From NCBI GenBank assembly GCA_963796455.1, contig CAWCLO010000004.1, positions 1 to 64,000 of the forward strand: DNA of 64,000 nt, read 5' to 3'. A program made the position numbers and the translations under genes. The notes beneath the pieces were generated by a model. It was not told the DNA's origin. It did not search any database and was given only the letters and a program-made list of their open reading frames with translations. This DNA comes from Candidatus Sulfomarinibacteraceae bacterium (lineage in GTDB: Bacteria; Acidobacteriota; Thermoanaerobaculia; Thermoanaerobaculales; Sulfomarinibacteraceae). Below are positions 1 through 10,260 of this stretch, piece by piece. The stretch's first letter is position 1. Each line of letters starts with the position of its first letter.

Positions 1-876
1 ATTATCTGCCTTGGCCCAATCGTCGGGCTTGCATACCTCGCTACTCTTGGCACTTTGACAGCGGATCCAAGGACGTTCACTGTGCATGGAAAGGCGACAA
101 CCGCAGGCTTCGGCCCAAACCAGGTTTCCTCTGTGCTCGGGCTAGGTCTCTTTTTGGTCTTTCTGTTACTGGTGGTGGGCCCGAAGAATCGCGCATCTAA
201 GGCCGGTCTTATCATGCTGGGTATTTGGCTTGGCGCGCAGACAGTGCTCAGCTTTTCACGTGGCGGGCTATGGACGGCGGCCGGAGCGATCCTTGTCGCA
301 GCAACTTTCTTGGTTCGCGATCGAAGGAGGCGAGGCGCACTTCTGACATTGGCAGTCGTTGCGTTCGTGATCGTCCGTTTCGTCGTCCTCCCGGCTACCG
401 ACCGGATCAGTGGTGGCATTGTTTCCCAGCGAATCGTCGATACGAGCCTCACCGGACGTGACAAGATCATGAAGGCTGACTGGATCATCTTTCTCGAGAA
501 TCCCGTGTTGGGTGTTGGCCCGGGAGGATCCTTCGGTGCACACGCATTGACCTTCGTTGCGACGTCCGCCCATACCGAATATACGCGGCTGCTCGCCGAG
601 CACGGCTTGTTTGGCGTCATCGCCCTGCTAATGCTGTTGTGGATAGTCTGGAGCCGCTGGAGGCGCCAAGAATCTGCCGCTGAGAAGGCTGTTGGCATGG
701 CCTGCATGGCGTGGGCGCTGCTATATATGGGGCATGCAGCAATGCGGCTCGCTGCGCCCGCGTTCATGTTTGGGTTAGGATGCGCGGTGTTGGACCTCGG
801 CTCAATCGAGTTGCCCAGTTGGCGCCGTCACCGTTTTGGTGGCGTCTCAGTTCGACAGGCGGATCTGAGCCGTTGA
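1..876 (+). CDS. O-antigen ligase/Wzy-like membrane protein, 5'-truncated by the window
   Basis: Frame open from base 1; hydrophobic protein with SFSRGG, TGR..I, P.LGVGPG and AHTEY...AEHG motifs typical of the O-antigen ligase family. Confidence 0.8.
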   Translation: MICLGPIVGLAYLATLGTLTADPRTFTVHGKATTAGFGPNQVSSVLGLGLFLVFLLLVVGPKNRASKAGLIMLGIWLGAQTVLSFSRGGLWTAAGAILVAATFLVRDRRRRGALLTLAVVAFVIVRFVVLPATDRISGGIVSQRIVDTSLTGRDKIMKADWIIFLENPVLGVGPGGSFGAHALTFVATSAHTEYTRLLAEHGLFGVIALLMLLWIVWSRWRRQESAAEKAVGMACMAWALLYMGHAAMRLAAPAFMFGLGCAVLDLGSIELPSWRRHRFGGVSVRQADLSR

Positions 877-1865
877 AAGTCTTGATCGTCACGAGCGAGT
901 GGCCTTCGGATGAGCATAGAAACTACGTGCCCTTTCTCGATGAACAAGTGACTCAGTTACGGAACGCAGGTGTGGAGATCGAGGTCTTTTGGTTCCGGGG
1001 ACGGGCCAATCCACTGCGTTACGCATCGGCTTGGTGGCGATTGCGGCAAGCGCACAATCTCTCGGACTTCGACCTGGTGCACGTGCATTTCGGACAAAGC
1101 GGTCTGGTCGCTCTGCCCTGTCAAGTCCCACTCGTTGTCACAATGCACGGAAGCGATCTCCACGGACTGCCGCGGGCCGACGGTCGGCTAACACCTCAGG
1201 GCCGGTTGCTCAGGACCATCAGCCGATTCGTTGCTCGACGGGCGACAAGGGTGATTGTGGTCTCGGCGCAGCTTCTTGCGATGTTGCCCGCGGGAATTGA
1301 AGCCGAGATCATACCCTGCGGTATCGACCTCGAGGTTTTCTCGCCGAAGCCCATGGCTGCGGCGAGGGCTGATCTCGGCCTGCCGGCAGGTGGGAAGCTC
1401 GTGCTCTTCGCCGGCGATCCAAGCAACCCCATCAAACGTCATTCCCTGGCGGTCGAGGTCACCGCGAGGCTGGACCCCGGTCTTCGCGCGACCCTTGTAA
1501 CCCTACACGGGCGTGGGCACTCCCAGGTGCCCTTGTTCATGAACGCATGTGACGCTCTTCTGGTCACCTCTTTTCACGAAGGTTCGCCAATGGTTGTGAA
1601 GGAGGCATTGGCATGCGGACTTCCCGTCGTGAGCGTGCCGGTTGGGGATGTCATCGAACGCACGCAGGGTATTCCTGAGTGCCGCGTGGGTCGAAACGAT
1701 GACCCCGGCGAGTTGGCTTTCGTTCTCGAAGAGGTGCTCCGCAATTCATCACGGGCTGACAAGGGTCGAGCTTCGGTGCACGACCTTGGGCACCCCGCCG
1801 TTACCCAATTGATCTTGGACGTTTATAGCCAAACAATCTCCACGGGAGTTCGGCAACAAGAATGA
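873..1865 (+). CDS. Glycosyltransferase family 4
   Basis: TTG start overlaps upstream stop; VHVH, VVTMHGSD, EGSPMVVKEALACGLPVVS..VG motifs. Confidence 0.88.
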   Translation: MKVLIVTSEWPSDEHRNYVPFLDEQVTQLRNAGVEIEVFWFRGRANPLRYASAWWRLRQAHNLSDFDLVHVHFGQSGLVALPCQVPLVVTMHGSDLHGLPRADGRLTPQGRLLRTISRFVARRATRVIVVSAQLLAMLPAGIEAEIIPCGIDLEVFSPKPMAAARADLGLPAGGKLVLFAGDPSNPIKRHSLAVEVTARLDPGLRATLVTLHGRGHSQVPLFMNACDALLVTSFHEGSPMVVKEALACGLPVVSVPVGDVIERTQGIPECRVGRNDDPGELAFVLEEVLRNSSRADKGRASVHDLGHPAVTQLILDVYSQTISTGVRQQE

Positions 1866-2000
1866 TCAGTCTATGAGGAGGAATTCAGCATCCGGTTGTA
1901 CCCATGACCTTCGTGGCTGCCGGCCCAGAAAAGCGAATATTCGATTCAGAGCAAATATCAGATCTCTCGCTGATCGGGTTGTTTGGGCAACCTTGTCGAG

Positions 2001-3263
2001 ATGAGGCTCGTGTTTCTGAGTCAGTATTGGCGCCCCGAACTGGGCGCGCCCCAGAATCGCCTGGGGGAGCTTGCCGTCCGTCTCAGATCGGCCGGTTGGA
2101 AGGTTTCGGTTATCACCGCACAGCCGAATTACCCTCGGGGCCGGGTTTTTGCCGGTTATCGCGGATGGTGGTGGTCGTCTGAAGTCAACGACGACATTCC
2201 CATCACACGATGCCCGCTCATACCGTCCCGGTCGAAGAGGACCGTTGCCCGGATGGCTTGCTATCTGTCTTTCGTAGTCACGTCGACTTTGGCCTCGTTG
2301 TGGAGGGTGAAACGGCAGGATCTCCTATTCGTCGAAAGCCCGCCGCTGTTTCTGGGAATCGCGGCGCGCCTTGTTGCAGCAGTAAAGCGTTGCAGATACG
2401 TGTTCAATGTCTCGGACCTCTGGCCGGATTCGGCAGTTGAGATGGGGTGGGTCGAAGATGGCCATGCCGTTGCGGCGGCGAGGCGCCTGGAACGATGGAC
2501 TTACAGTGGCGCAGAAGCCGTGACCGGCCAGTCGCCATCCATCGTGAATGCCCTCAGAGAACGCGTCGCCGGCATACCGGTGTACCTGTTGACGAACGGG
2601 GTGGATTCCGGGCGGTTCCGCTGTGCTCCGCCAAACGAGAGTTGGGGAGCGCGCGTGCGAGGGGAAGCCAGCGACGTGGTAGCCGTTTACGCCGGTCTTC
2701 ACGGGGTGGCGCAGGGCATTGAACAGCTGATTCGAGCGATGAAGCTTCTGCATGATAGGGCTGGACTCCGGTTGGTTCTCATCGGCGATGGGGCGGAGAA
2801 GGCCGCTCTCGTGAAACAAGCCAAGGACATGGCCCTTTCGAACGTCGTGTTCCAGGACGCTGTGCCGGCTGCAGAGATCCCCGGGATTTTGCGTGCTTCG
2901 GATATCGCAGTGATACCGCTCGGCTTCGACCTCACAGGGGCGGTGCCGTCGAAGATTTACGAGGCGATGGCTGCCGCGTTGCCGGTTATATTCGTGGGCG
3001 GCGGTGATGGTCGACACCTGATCGAGGAGACAGCGACCGGGATCTGTTGCGACATCGGGGATGAGGAGGGTATCTGCGCTGCGCTGCGATGTTTGGCCGA
3101 CGACCCAAAGTTGCGGCGGGAGCTTGGATCTCGAGGAAGCGCGGTAGCGGCGGAGCGTTTTGACCGTGATGCAATTACGAGAGGTTTCGAGGCGTTTCTG
3201 AACCGGTTGATCGAAGGGCGCTTGCTCGGCGAAAGTGTGGCGAGTTCGGCAACGGATTCATAG
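2001..3263 (+). CDS. Glycosyltransferase family 4 (WbuB-like)
   Basis: SQYWRPELGA, PNYP.G, ESPPLF, DLWPDSA, VPSKIYEAMA motifs. Confidence 0.9.
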   Translation: MRLVFLSQYWRPELGAPQNRLGELAVRLRSAGWKVSVITAQPNYPRGRVFAGYRGWWWSSEVNDDIPITRCPLIPSRSKRTVARMACYLSFVVTSTLASLWRVKRQDLLFVESPPLFLGIAARLVAAVKRCRYVFNVSDLWPDSAVEMGWVEDGHAVAAARRLERWTYSGAEAVTGQSPSIVNALRERVAGIPVYLLTNGVDSGRFRCAPPNESWGARVRGEASDVVAVYAGLHGVAQGIEQLIRAMKLLHDRAGLRLVLIGDGAEKAALVKQAKDMALSNVVFQDAVPAAEIPGILRASDIAVIPLGFDLTGAVPSKIYEAMAAALPVIFVGGGDGRHLIEETATGICCDIGDEEGICAALRCLADDPKLRRELGSRGSAVAAERFDRDAITRGFEAFLNRLIEGRLLGESVASSATDS

Positions 3264-3319
3264 TGGCGGCCGAGGTATGCTTTTTCTATGATCCTGCTGA
3301 ATTTGAATGATCGAGTGTC

Positions 3320-4444
3320 ATGCGAATTCTGATTGTTGTCGGTGCGCGTCCCAACTTCATGAAGGCAGCACCGCTCGTGCCGGCCCTCGAAAAGTTGGGG
3401 GCGGATGTTGCGCTTGTCCACACCGGACAGCACTTTGATGCTGAGATGTCCTCAAGCTTCTTTGATCTATTGCGTCTTCCGGAGCCGCAAGCCTTTCTCG
3501 GGGTCGGAGGGGGAGCGCGAGAGCAACAGTTCGCCTCGGTCGTTGCCGGGGTAGGTCGGTTCGTTCGGGAGTGGCTACCCGATCGGGTGCTTACCGTCGG
3601 GGATGTCACTTCTACAGCCGCGGCGGCGGTCGCTGCCGACGCGTGTGAGGTCCCTGTCGATCACGTCGAGGCGGGACTGAGGTCCTTTGATCTCACAATG
3701 CCCGAAGAGCGAAATCGTCGGGTCGCCGATGTGCTGGCCGACATGCTCTTCGTGTCCGAACCGTCAGGTGTCGACAACCTCCTTCGTGAAGGCAAACCGG
3801 ACCAGAGCATCCACCTCGTGGGCAACGTGATGATCGATACCCTCGACCGGCACCTGGATCGGGCGCTCAACCTGGAGCCGTGGCGGCAGTTCAATCTGAT
3901 TGCCGGAGAATACGCTGTGGTCACCGCCCACCGTCCATCGAACGTTGACTCGTCAGGGGCGCTGGAAGGTCTCTGCAGGGTTCTTTCGGTCATCCGCGAA
4001 TCGGGGCTGAAAGCTGTTTTCCCGGTCCATCCGAGAACGTCCCTGGCCCTGCGGCAGCGGAACGCATCCTTCGGAGATTCCACGTGGCTCGAGCTGACAA
4101 AACCATTGGATTACCTCTCGTTCATCGGTCTCGTCGCGAAGTCTAAGATGGTCCTAACCGATTCTGGCGGGCTCCAGGAGGAGACGACCGTTCTCAACGT
4201 TCCGTGTTTGACGCTGAGGGGAAACACCGAGCGTCCAATCACGTTAGTGGAGAACGGAGGGACGAGCGTGCTGACTGGGATGGGTGAAGATCGTGTTCGT
4301 AAGGTTTTGAGTAGCGTCGTGGCTGGGACATTCCCGCCCGGCCGCCGCCCGGATCTTTGGGACGGATGCGCCGCAGAGCGTATCGCCGCGATTCTGGGGC
4401 GCTGGGGCACCATGCAGACCTCGTCGCAAGCGGGGAAACATTGA
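3320..4444 (+). CDS. wecB: UDP-N-acetylglucosamine 2-epimerase (non-hydrolysing)
   Basis: VVGARPNFMK, HTGQH, HVEAGLRS, PEERNR, TDSGGLQEE, NTERP. Confidence 0.93.
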   Translation: MRILIVVGARPNFMKAAPLVPALEKLGADVALVHTGQHFDAEMSSSFFDLLRLPEPQAFLGVGGGAREQQFASVVAGVGRFVREWLPDRVLTVGDVTSTAAAAVAADACEVPVDHVEAGLRSFDLTMPEERNRRVADVLADMLFVSEPSGVDNLLREGKPDQSIHLVGNVMIDTLDRHLDRALNLEPWRQFNLIAGEYAVVTAHRPSNVDSSGALEGLCRVLSVIRESGLKAVFPVHPRTSLALRQRNASFGDSTWLELTKPLDYLSFIGLVAKSKMVLTDSGGLQEETTVLNVPCLTLRGNTERPITLVENGGTSVLTGMGEDRVRKVLSSVVAGTFPPGRRPDLWDGCAAERIAAILGRWGTMQTSSQAGKH

Positions 4445-4502
4445 GCATGACGTTCACCGGTACCTCGGGGGTCGTCATTTGAACAATCGGTTTTCTTTGG
4501 GC

Positions 4503-5203
4503 GTGAAGGGCGAAAAGGCTCGAATGCTACGAGAGAATGCGCGTCGCAACGTGGAGGTCCCGGAAGATCGGTATGCCCCGTGGATGTTGTCGGCTAGGTT
4601 CATCAGGTCCAGTGCGGAGCGGTGGGCGCCCAGATGCTTCACCGCTACTCGGTGTTCCCCAAGAATGCCGACCCGGTGTTGGAGATCGGATACGGACACC
4701 GTGGTTGGCTCGCCGACATGTTGGGTTGGGGCCTGCGGTGTTCCGATCTGCACGGTATCGAACTCGACGGTGAGCGAGCCGGAGTTGCCCAGGCGGCGTT
4801 CCCCGGGGCGGATCTTAGGGTTGGAGACGCCGCGTCGATGGAGTGGACCGACGAGTCTTTCGAACTGGTGGTAGCGTCGACAGTTTTCACATCGATCCTG
4901 GACGACGAGGTGCGACGAAGAGTGGCCGATGAGGTGACCCGCGTCCTACGGCCGGGCGGAGCGCTACTGTGGTACGACTTCCGGGTGGACAATCCGGCCA
5001 ATCCTAATGTCCGGGGCATTGCAGAGGAAGAACTGAAGAACCTATTGCCAGGCTTCGCCCATCACCTACGAACGGTGACCCTGGCACCTCCGTTGGCACG
5101 GCGGGTGGTTCCCATCAGTTGGGCGGTGGCGACCCTGTTCGAGTGTCTGCCATTTCTTCGAACTCACATTCTCGGAGTACTCGTGAAGCCGAAGGATGCG
5201 TGA
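4503..5203 (+). CDS. Class I SAM-dependent methyltransferase, apparent frameshift near 4625
   Basis: C-terminal ORF 4622-5203 has VLEIGYG, GIEL, GDA, SFELV, RVLRPGG; plausible N-terminus (..EDRYAPW..) lies in another frame; start uncertain. Confidence 0.75.
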
Positions 5204-6458
5204 CGAGATCTTGAGTTCTCTTCTTTGTAAACCGGTTTTGGGCCCGACAATCGCCGGTGTTGCGACGGTGATTGCTGTGCTTCTCTTCTGGTGGCTCCTC
5301 CCCGGCAGATCTCCGTTGCCGACTCTGCTTGAGTACGGTGAATACTATGAACCCGTCGCTCGGTCATTGCTGGCCGGGGACGGTTTTGTTCTCCCCGATG
5401 GCACACCCGCTCTCAGGTATCCGCCAGGACACCCGCTCGTCTTGGCGACCGTATTTGGTATCGCTGGATGGGTCGGGATTTCCGAATCTCTCGCACTCAG
5501 GTTGTTGATTCTGATGTGTTCCGGTTTGACCGCTGCCCTCCTGTTTTTGACCGCCCGAGATTTCTGGGGTGGGGAAAGGGGATTTGCGACCCCGGTGGTG
5601 TTTGCGGTCTATCCTCTAGCTCTCTGGCTCACCCTGCAGCCCATCAGCGAGATGACATTCCTGCCGGTGTTTGCATTCGCGATGTGGCTTTTCTGGCGCG
5701 GAGCGCTGGGCACCTGTCATGCCTCGTGTAGATTGACTGCGGCGGGTATGGCGGTCGGTGCATCGATGCTCATCCGACCCGCTGCGATCGGGCTTGGTGT
5801 CGTCCTGGCGGGGTCTCTGTTGATGAGTGACCGTGAGATCAAACTTCGAGTCCGGTTGCTTCGGGCCTCGTATCTACTCTTCGGTTGTATTTTGGTCGTT
5901 CTCCCGTGGGAAGTGAGTGTATTTGCACAGACCGGAAGGATTGTGCCGTTGAGCACCGGAGGGCCATCGTCGATTCACGATGGCCTGACTTTTGCGGTAC
6001 GGGACAAGGGGTATAGGTCGGCGCAGGCGCCGCCTCGCGAGGTCGCAGGTTTCATGCATGCTGTAGATCGTGGGTACCTCGAAGCGGGATCGGTGAGAAT
6101 TTTTCCTGCTGCCGTCGAGTCGGCAAAGACGCATCGGGTCGGGGCGGTACACGTAGGTCTGTGGAAGGCGGTCCGCGCGTGGTACGCGACCGACAGTCGC
6201 CGTCAAGAGGGATGGGTGCTTGCTGTTCAGATACCTGTTCTGAGTTTGCTCGTGTTGGCATCTATACGAGCTGTGCGACTCGGGGGTGAGAAACGCCGGC
6301 TGGCATTTGTGCTGTGCTCCATCGTTGGATATTTCTGGCTGGTGACCACCGCCGCGTTGTCGATCGTTCGCTACATGACCCCGACAATCTGTTTGTGGTT
6401 TCTCGTTCTGCCGTCGTTGTTCGTCGGGCGACTCGAACGTTTGGATGGAACACATTGA
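5196..6458 (+). CDS. Polytopic membrane protein, GT-C/ArnT-like glycosyltransferase candidate
   Basis: Y...ARSL..G, R.PPG.P, SE, LIRP, PW and RY motifs with many TM segments. Confidence 0.65.
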   Translation: MRDEILSSLLCKPVLGPTIAGVATVIAVLLFWWLLPGRSPLPTLLEYGEYYEPVARSLLAGDGFVLPDGTPALRYPPGHPLVLATVFGIAGWVGISESLALRLLILMCSGLTAALLFLTARDFWGGERGFATPVVFAVYPLALWLTLQPISEMTFLPVFAFAMWLFWRGALGTCHASCRLTAAGMAVGASMLIRPAAIGLGVVLAGSLLMSDREIKLRVRLLRASYLLFGCILVVLPWEVSVFAQTGRIVPLSTGGPSSIHDGLTFAVRDKGYRSAQAPPREVAGFMHAVDRGYLEAGSVRIFPAAVESAKTHRVGAVHVGLWKAVRAWYATDSRRQEGWVLAVQIPVLSLLVLASIRAVRLGGEKRRLAFVLCSIVGYFWLVTTAALSIVRYMTPTICLWFLVLPSLFVGRLERLDGTH

Positions 6459-6575
6459 ATGAGGCGGTGAGGGTCGGCGTGAGCGGGCAGCGCTCTCCGT
6501 ATATGAGGGTGACCCATGTCGAGTGTTTGCCGCTTCAGTGGAACAAGCTATTTGGAGCGCGGGTAAAACAAAACA

Positions 6576-7733
6576 ATGCGTGATGAATTCCTGAGTTTTT
6601 CGCCCCCTGCCGTCGGCGAGGAAGAGATTGCCGAGGTTGTCGACGCCCTGCGGTCAGGGTGGATCACGACCGGTCCGCGGGTTGCGCAGTTCGAGCTGGA
6701 GTTCGCAGCCGCAGTGGGCGCCGAAGCGGCCCTCGGTGTATCCTCCGGCACCGACGCCATGCAGGTCGGTCTGGCGGCTCTCGGCGTCGGCCCCGGTGAC
6801 GAGGTGATCACGACGCCAATGACCTTCTGTTCGACGGTGCACGTGATCGAGCACGTGGGCGCCACTCCTGTTCTGGTGGATGTTGAAGAGGACACCTTGT
6901 GCATCGATCCTGCAAAGGTCGAAGCTGCGGTGAGTCCGCGAACCAAGGCTATTCTTCCTGTCCATCTTTATGGCCACCCATGCGACATGGGTGCTCTGCT
7001 CGAGATCGCCCGGAAACATCAACTCAAAACCCTCGAAGATGCGGCGCACGCCCTGCCGGCTCGATGGGGTACGCAGACGATCGGCTCGATCGGCGATCTT
7101 GCGGCATTCAGTTTTTACGCGACAAAGAACCTGACAACAGCCGAAGGCGGCATGCTCACCGGCTCCAAAGAGCTGATCGACCGCGCCCGACCGTGGTCCC
7201 TTCACGGCATGAGCCGCGATGCCCATGCTCGGTATCAGTCCGGGGGTTCGTGGCATTACGATGTGATCCTTCCGGGATTCAAGTGCAACATGACCGATCT
7301 TCAGGCAGCGCTTGGAATTCCACAGCTCAAAAAGTTGCCTTTCTTTCAGGATCGGCGGCGAGAGATCGTTTCCAGGTACGCAGCCGGATTGGCGGATGTG
7401 ACGGCAATCGAGCTGCCGCAGGAACGGCCCGAAGTGTGGTCGGCGTGGCACCTGTATGTGATTCGGCTCGAACTCGATCAATTGACCATCGACCGCGATC
7501 GATTCATCGAGGAGATGGCGGCCCGCAACATCGGCACCTCGGTCCACTTCATCCCGATCCATCACCATTCCTACTACCGGGATCGAAAAGGTTTCGAATC
7601 GGACAACTTCCCCGTGGCGGATGCGGCCTTCGAACGAATCATCAGTCTGCCCTTGCATCCCGGCCTTTCGGACAGGGACGTGGATGATGTGATCGAGGCT
7701 GTCCTCGATGTTGTTCGGATTTTTCGTCGGTGA
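6576..7733 (+). CDS. DegT/DnrJ/EryC1/StrS family sugar aminotransferase
   Basis: SGWITTGP, VHLYGHP, EDAAHA, FSFYATKNLTTAEGG (PLP lysine). Confidence 0.95.
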   Translation: MRDEFLSFSPPAVGEEEIAEVVDALRSGWITTGPRVAQFELEFAAAVGAEAALGVSSGTDAMQVGLAALGVGPGDEVITTPMTFCSTVHVIEHVGATPVLVDVEEDTLCIDPAKVEAAVSPRTKAILPVHLYGHPCDMGALLEIARKHQLKTLEDAAHALPARWGTQTIGSIGDLAAFSFYATKNLTTAEGGMLTGSKELIDRARPWSLHGMSRDAHARYQSGGSWHYDVILPGFKCNMTDLQAALGIPQLKKLPFFQDRRREIVSRYAAGLADVTAIELPQERPEVWSAWHLYVIRLELDQLTIDRDRFIEEMAARNIGTSVHFIPIHHHSYYRDRKGFESDNFPVADAAFERIISLPLHPGLSDRDVDDVIEAVLDVVRIFRR

Positions 7734-7796
7734 TGATCGTGGTCAAATTCTGAGGGTGCCGATCGCCGGCCCGTCAATCATGATGGTCTCAAACGA

Positions 7797-9566
7797 ATGA
7801 AAAACATCTCCTTCGTTATTGCTGGCGCTGTGTTCTTTGCGGCGTTGAGCGTGGTGCTCAATCCTTTTCAGTTCGATCACGGCAATAGCGGACGCTACCT
7901 CCTGCCGGTCCTCAAAGATATGGATCCCACTTTGTTCTCCGACGATCCGCAGGTCGAGGCGTTGGAGGGATTCGGCAGCGGGTTTTATCTGGCCTTGTCG
8001 TGGGTCACCACGAATCTGTCGACGAGTCCCCATGACATCGAGCGGGTGATGGGCGGTTTGTTTGTTTTCACCCGATTCCTCCTCGCGATTGCCCTCGTCT
8101 GGCTGGCTTGGGAACTTGCGGATAGTCGCCTTGAACGGTGGGTCTTGATCTCAGTTCTGTTGTTACTCTTTTCATTTCCGGTGAGCGTTTCCGTTGCGGG
8201 AGTGAGTATCGGGTTTCCGACAATGAACCATGCGACGCTGAGTGAAGTCGCAATGGTCCTGTCCGTGGTCTTTCTGATTTCGCGACGGTTTGTGTCGATG
8301 ACCGTAGTCAATACGGTCGATGTGTGGATCCACCCGCTTATGGCTGTGCAACGTTTAATTTCTTTGGGGCTCGCGGCGATTGTCGGGGACCGGGCCCGCA
8401 TGAGACCCTTACTGGCACTTGGGCTTATCGCTCTATTTGGCTCTTCTGTTGTCGCGTACGTCTATCGGCTTGCACCACCTCCGCTGTCTCCAGATGAAGT
8501 CGCGATTTTCCTTGAGGCAAAGGGGAGAATGATCCACACGTCCCCATTCGTTCAGCCCTGGACATCTTGGATGTTGTTTGCCTCTCTGATCTACCTTGCC
8601 TGGTTTTCAACGCGCCGATTCGGATCCGGACTTGCCGACAACCGTGTTCGTCTCATGTGGTTGGCCGCCGGTATCAGCAGCGTTGTCGGCATCAGCTTCG
8701 CCGCACTCAACCACGTATTCCAGAACCCTGTCCTCACCCGTTTTCAGCCAATGCGGATGTTCATGCTGTCGTGGTTCATCCTCTTGGTTCTGGTCGCGCT
8801 CGGTGCGAGTCGGGCGTTCTTGATGGACGATGCCTCGTGGCCGTGGTTGGCCGCATCATTGGTGACGATCCCGATTCATGGCGGCGTTGATGTGATCGTC
8901 TGTTGTTCCAGTTCCTTCGTCCTTTTCTTGGTGACTGCGGACCGCACTGGTGAACAGAAATGGAAGCGATCTCGGGTGTTGTTGACGCTTTTCGCGATCT
9001 CAATTGTCTCGGCCGGAGTCGTCTCCGCGCGTTCGTACCATTTTGTTTTGGGTTCGCTGGTCGTTTTGGCGATTTGTGGGTTGTCATGGATACCGGTAAG
9101 GCGAGGGGTCATGGCTTCAGCAATACTCCTGGTTGCAGTTGCCGCCGGCGTCGTGAGTTCTCATCGTTATTTCCGAGTTGAATCGTCTGAATCCACAGGT
9201 CGCCCTCGAGTTGACGCAGAATACTTTCGTACGCTGGCGTGGATACAAAAAAACACTGCGCAGAACGCTCGGTTTGCCGTCGAACCGCCGATGGCATTTT
9301 TCCGAGCGAGGTCTCATCGGACATGTGCAAATCAGAACATCTCCGCGGTCGTGTGGGTTGATCCCAGTTTGAGTGAGGAAGAACGAATTCGAGCAGAGCA
9401 GGTAGACGAAATTTTTGAAGGCACCGAGATGCCCTCGATGCCGGCTGAAGTGAAACGAATTTCCGGGGACCACGGATTTGATCACGTCGTTACCCGAGGC
9501 GACCGCTTCTGGGGCTACGAGCCAGTGTATTCCAGTGGGTCCTTCTTCGTGTACCAAATACGATGA
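7797..9566 (+). CDS. Uncharacterised polytopic membrane protein in glycan cluster
   Basis: 589-aa ORF, many hydrophobic segments and a soluble C-terminus (WIQKNT..NARF); no family recognised with certainty. Confidence 0.65.
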   Translation: MKNISFVIAGAVFFAALSVVLNPFQFDHGNSGRYLLPVLKDMDPTLFSDDPQVEALEGFGSGFYLALSWVTTNLSTSPHDIERVMGGLFVFTRFLLAIALVWLAWELADSRLERWVLISVLLLLFSFPVSVSVAGVSIGFPTMNHATLSEVAMVLSVVFLISRRFVSMTVVNTVDVWIHPLMAVQRLISLGLAAIVGDRARMRPLLALGLIALFGSSVVAYVYRLAPPPLSPDEVAIFLEAKGRMIHTSPFVQPWTSWMLFASLIYLAWFSTRRFGSGLADNRVRLMWLAAGISSVVGISFAALNHVFQNPVLTRFQPMRMFMLSWFILLVLVALGASRAFLMDDASWPWLAASLVTIPIHGGVDVIVCCSSSFVLFLVTADRTGEQKWKRSRVLLTLFAISIVSAGVVSARSYHFVLGSLVVLAICGLSWIPVRRGVMASAILLVAVAAGVVSSHRYFRVESSESTGRPRVDAEYFRTLAWIQKNTAQNARFAVEPPMAFFRARSHRTCANQNISAVVWVDPSLSEEERIRAEQVDEIFEGTEMPSMPAEVKRISGDHGFDHVVTRGDRFWGYEPVYSSGSFFVYQIR

Positions 9567-9606
9567 ACCGGGTGAGTCAGAGAGGCTGCATGATTCGGAT
9601 CGTGAG

Positions 9607-10260
9607 ATGAGGGTCAATCGCGGCATTCCCCAAGCGATCAACGTGATAACGGCCGGGTTCGGTCTCGTCCTTCTGGTGCCCGTGCTGGTGGTTGTTTCGG
9701 TCGTCGTCGGAATGACTTCTCGTGGTCCTGTGCTGTTCCGTCAACCACGGGTTGGTCGGGCCGGACGACTCTTCTCCATGCTCAAGTTTCGAACGATGAA
9801 GATAAATAGCCAAGATGTTCAAGTGACCGCGACGGGTGACGAACGCGTGACGGCGGTCGGTCGGGTTCTCCGTCGATTCAAACTCGACGAACTGCCCGAA
9901 CTCTGGAATGTCGTCCGTGGTGATCTGGCGCTCGTCGGCCCTCGGCCGGAGGTCCCTCGCTACGTCGATGTCGATGACCCGTCGTGGCAGCAGGTTCTGG
10001 AAGAAAGACCGGGGATCACGCATCCGGTGACGCTGCGGCTCCAGGACGAAGAGGGCCTGATCGCCGAAGCAGGCGCAGATCCTGAGCGCTTTTATCTTGA
10101 CGAGTTGCTCCCTTTCAAGCTCAGGGGTTATCTGGAGTATCAGCAGGGTCGTTCCTGGTTGCGAGATCTCCGAGTATTGGCGGCGACGGCGGCTGCGCTG
10201 GTGGGCTGGCGCTGGTACTCTCCGGTGAGCCTGGATGAGGTGCGCCGAGGGAAGGCATGA
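9607..10260 (+). CDS. Bacterial sugar transferase (small phosphoglycosyl transferase)
   Basis: FRQ.RVG..G..F.MLKFRTM, LDELPELWNV..GD..LVGPRPE, RPGIT. Confidence 0.92.
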   Translation: MRVNRGIPQAINVITAGFGLVLLVPVLVVVSVVVGMTSRGPVLFRQPRVGRAGRLFSMLKFRTMKINSQDVQVTATGDERVTAVGRVLRRFKLDELPELWNVVRGDLALVGPRPEVPRYVDVDDPSWQQVLEERPGITHPVTLRLQDEEGLIAEAGADPERFYLDELLPFKLRGYLEYQQGRSWLRDLRVLAATAAALVGWRWYSPVSLDEVRRGKA